DNA of 64,000 nucleotides from contig CALXLC010000033.1 of assembly GCA_944389095.1 (NCBI GenBank), positions 2,764-66,763 of the forward strand, in the 5' to 3' direction. Source of the DNA: an uncultured Alphaproteobacteria bacterium (lineage in GTDB: Bacteria; Pseudomonadota; Alphaproteobacteria; RF32; CAG-239). Below the pieces are notes generated by a model, which was not told the DNA's origin, made no database searches, and saw nothing but the letters and a program-made list of their open reading frames with translations. The position numbers were made by a program, and so were the translations under genes. Of this stretch, positions 63,447 to 64,000 are shown piece after piece; position 1 is the stretch's first letter; the number at the start of each line of letters is the position of its first letter.

Positions 63447-64000
63447 ATGGAAAAACAAATCGAAAATTGCTGCGGAAAATTATGGATGCTGCACCGGGTG
63501 GCGCCCAATCGTCCGGAAATTGAGTTTCATCGTTTTGACAAATCGACGCGGATTACTCCCGAATATCTGGAGCGGTGTATTCTGGAGGCCAAAGCTGCCG
63601 GATTTCGCTTTGTTTCCATTGATGAGTTTCTGGCCAACAAACAGGCCGGAAAAGCTTTTGCCAAAGACATTGTGATTACGATTGACGACGGTTACCGGGA
63701 TATTTATCAATATGCCTGGCCGGTTTTTGAAAAACATAAGGTTCCGTTTGTCTTTTATGTTGCCTCTGATTTTATTTTGTACGGTTTTGACCGTTGCCGC
63801 CGTCCGGAAATCGACGGAGGCCAGTTGGCGATGGATTATATTTATCATCATCAGAATCTGGCTTTCGGCGGCAAGAAGTATCCCGCGCGGGATGAAGCGG
63901 AAAAATCTCTTTGTTTTAACGATTTGTGGAAAAGGTACAAAAGGACTAAACTCTTTTTGCCCTGGGTGTCCGGCAGACGTTTGCTGTCAAAGTACCTGCG
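63447..64000 (+). CDS. polysaccharide deacetylase (NodB-homology) family protein, 3'-truncated by the window edge
   Basis: Hand-translated open frame from ATG 63447 to the window end with no stop. ..IVITIDDGYRDIYQYAWPVFEKHKVPFVFYV.. is the NodB motif 1 region. It is absent from the track because it has no stop. Confidence 0.7.
   Translation, partial: MEKQIENCCGKLWMLHRVAPNRPEIEFHRFDKSTRITPEYLERCILEAKAAGFRFVSIDEFLANKQAGKAFAKDIVITIDDGYRDIYQYAWPVFEKHKVPFVFYVASDFILYGFDRCRRPEIDGGQLAMDYIYHHQNLAFGGKKYPARDEAEKSLCFNDLWKRYKRTKLFLPWVSGRRLLSKYL

Noticed and set aside
1-64000. Search by eye for integrase, transposase, recombinase, phage structural genes, cas genes and restriction-modification genes.
   Set aside because: None was recognisable in any listed ORF. 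The tRNA-Ser islet therefore cannot be called an active mobile element.

Overview
This is a dense, mostly housekeeping chromosomal segment with about 70 protein genes and 4 tRNAs. I saw no rRNA, CRISPR array, transposase or integrase. Local syntenies (lon-HU-tRNA-Val; DUF374 acyltransferase-waaA-lpxK; lspA-DUF3035 lipoprotein-M16 peptidase pair; recJ-DUF502; gatCAB) suggest a Gram-negative, probably alphaproteobacterial genome of moderate GC. That placement is inference only. Recognisable core genes are recA, fabI, sppA, gatCAB, recJ, mgtE, lspA, two M16 peptidases, pgi, mutL, a ZIP transporter, lpxK, waaA, lon, HU, a U32 peptidase, an ECF sigma module, cobB and queH, plus a 1412-aa fused BcrAD/BadFG-type activase protein. 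Unusual content: (i) My top candidate for an undescribed DNA-modification or defence-type system is an AT-rich ~3.3-kb islet directly downstream of tRNA-Ser(GCU). It is bounded on the tRNA side by an exact 36-bp duplication of the tRNA 3' end. It carries a tight three-gene operon: a minimal SNF2-like protein with a degenerate Walker A, a PAPS-reductase/PP-loop + DUF3440 (IbrA-like) protein, and a ParB-fold (IbrB-like) protein. (ii) An AT-rich glycan-biosynthesis locus (55.9-64 kb) contains an inverted pair of mosaic paralogues. (iii) A DUF192 lipoprotein carries nine in-frame 33-bp repeats and is co-transcribed with a Panacea/DUF4065-like gene. (iv) A structured repeat array and a promoter-to-terminator RNA candidate lie downstream of gatB. 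(v) There are gene remnants: an RTX-like fragment at a tRNA, and a MATE C-terminal stub with a consensus promoter inside it. All family calls were made by eye from the translations and none was verified by a database search.
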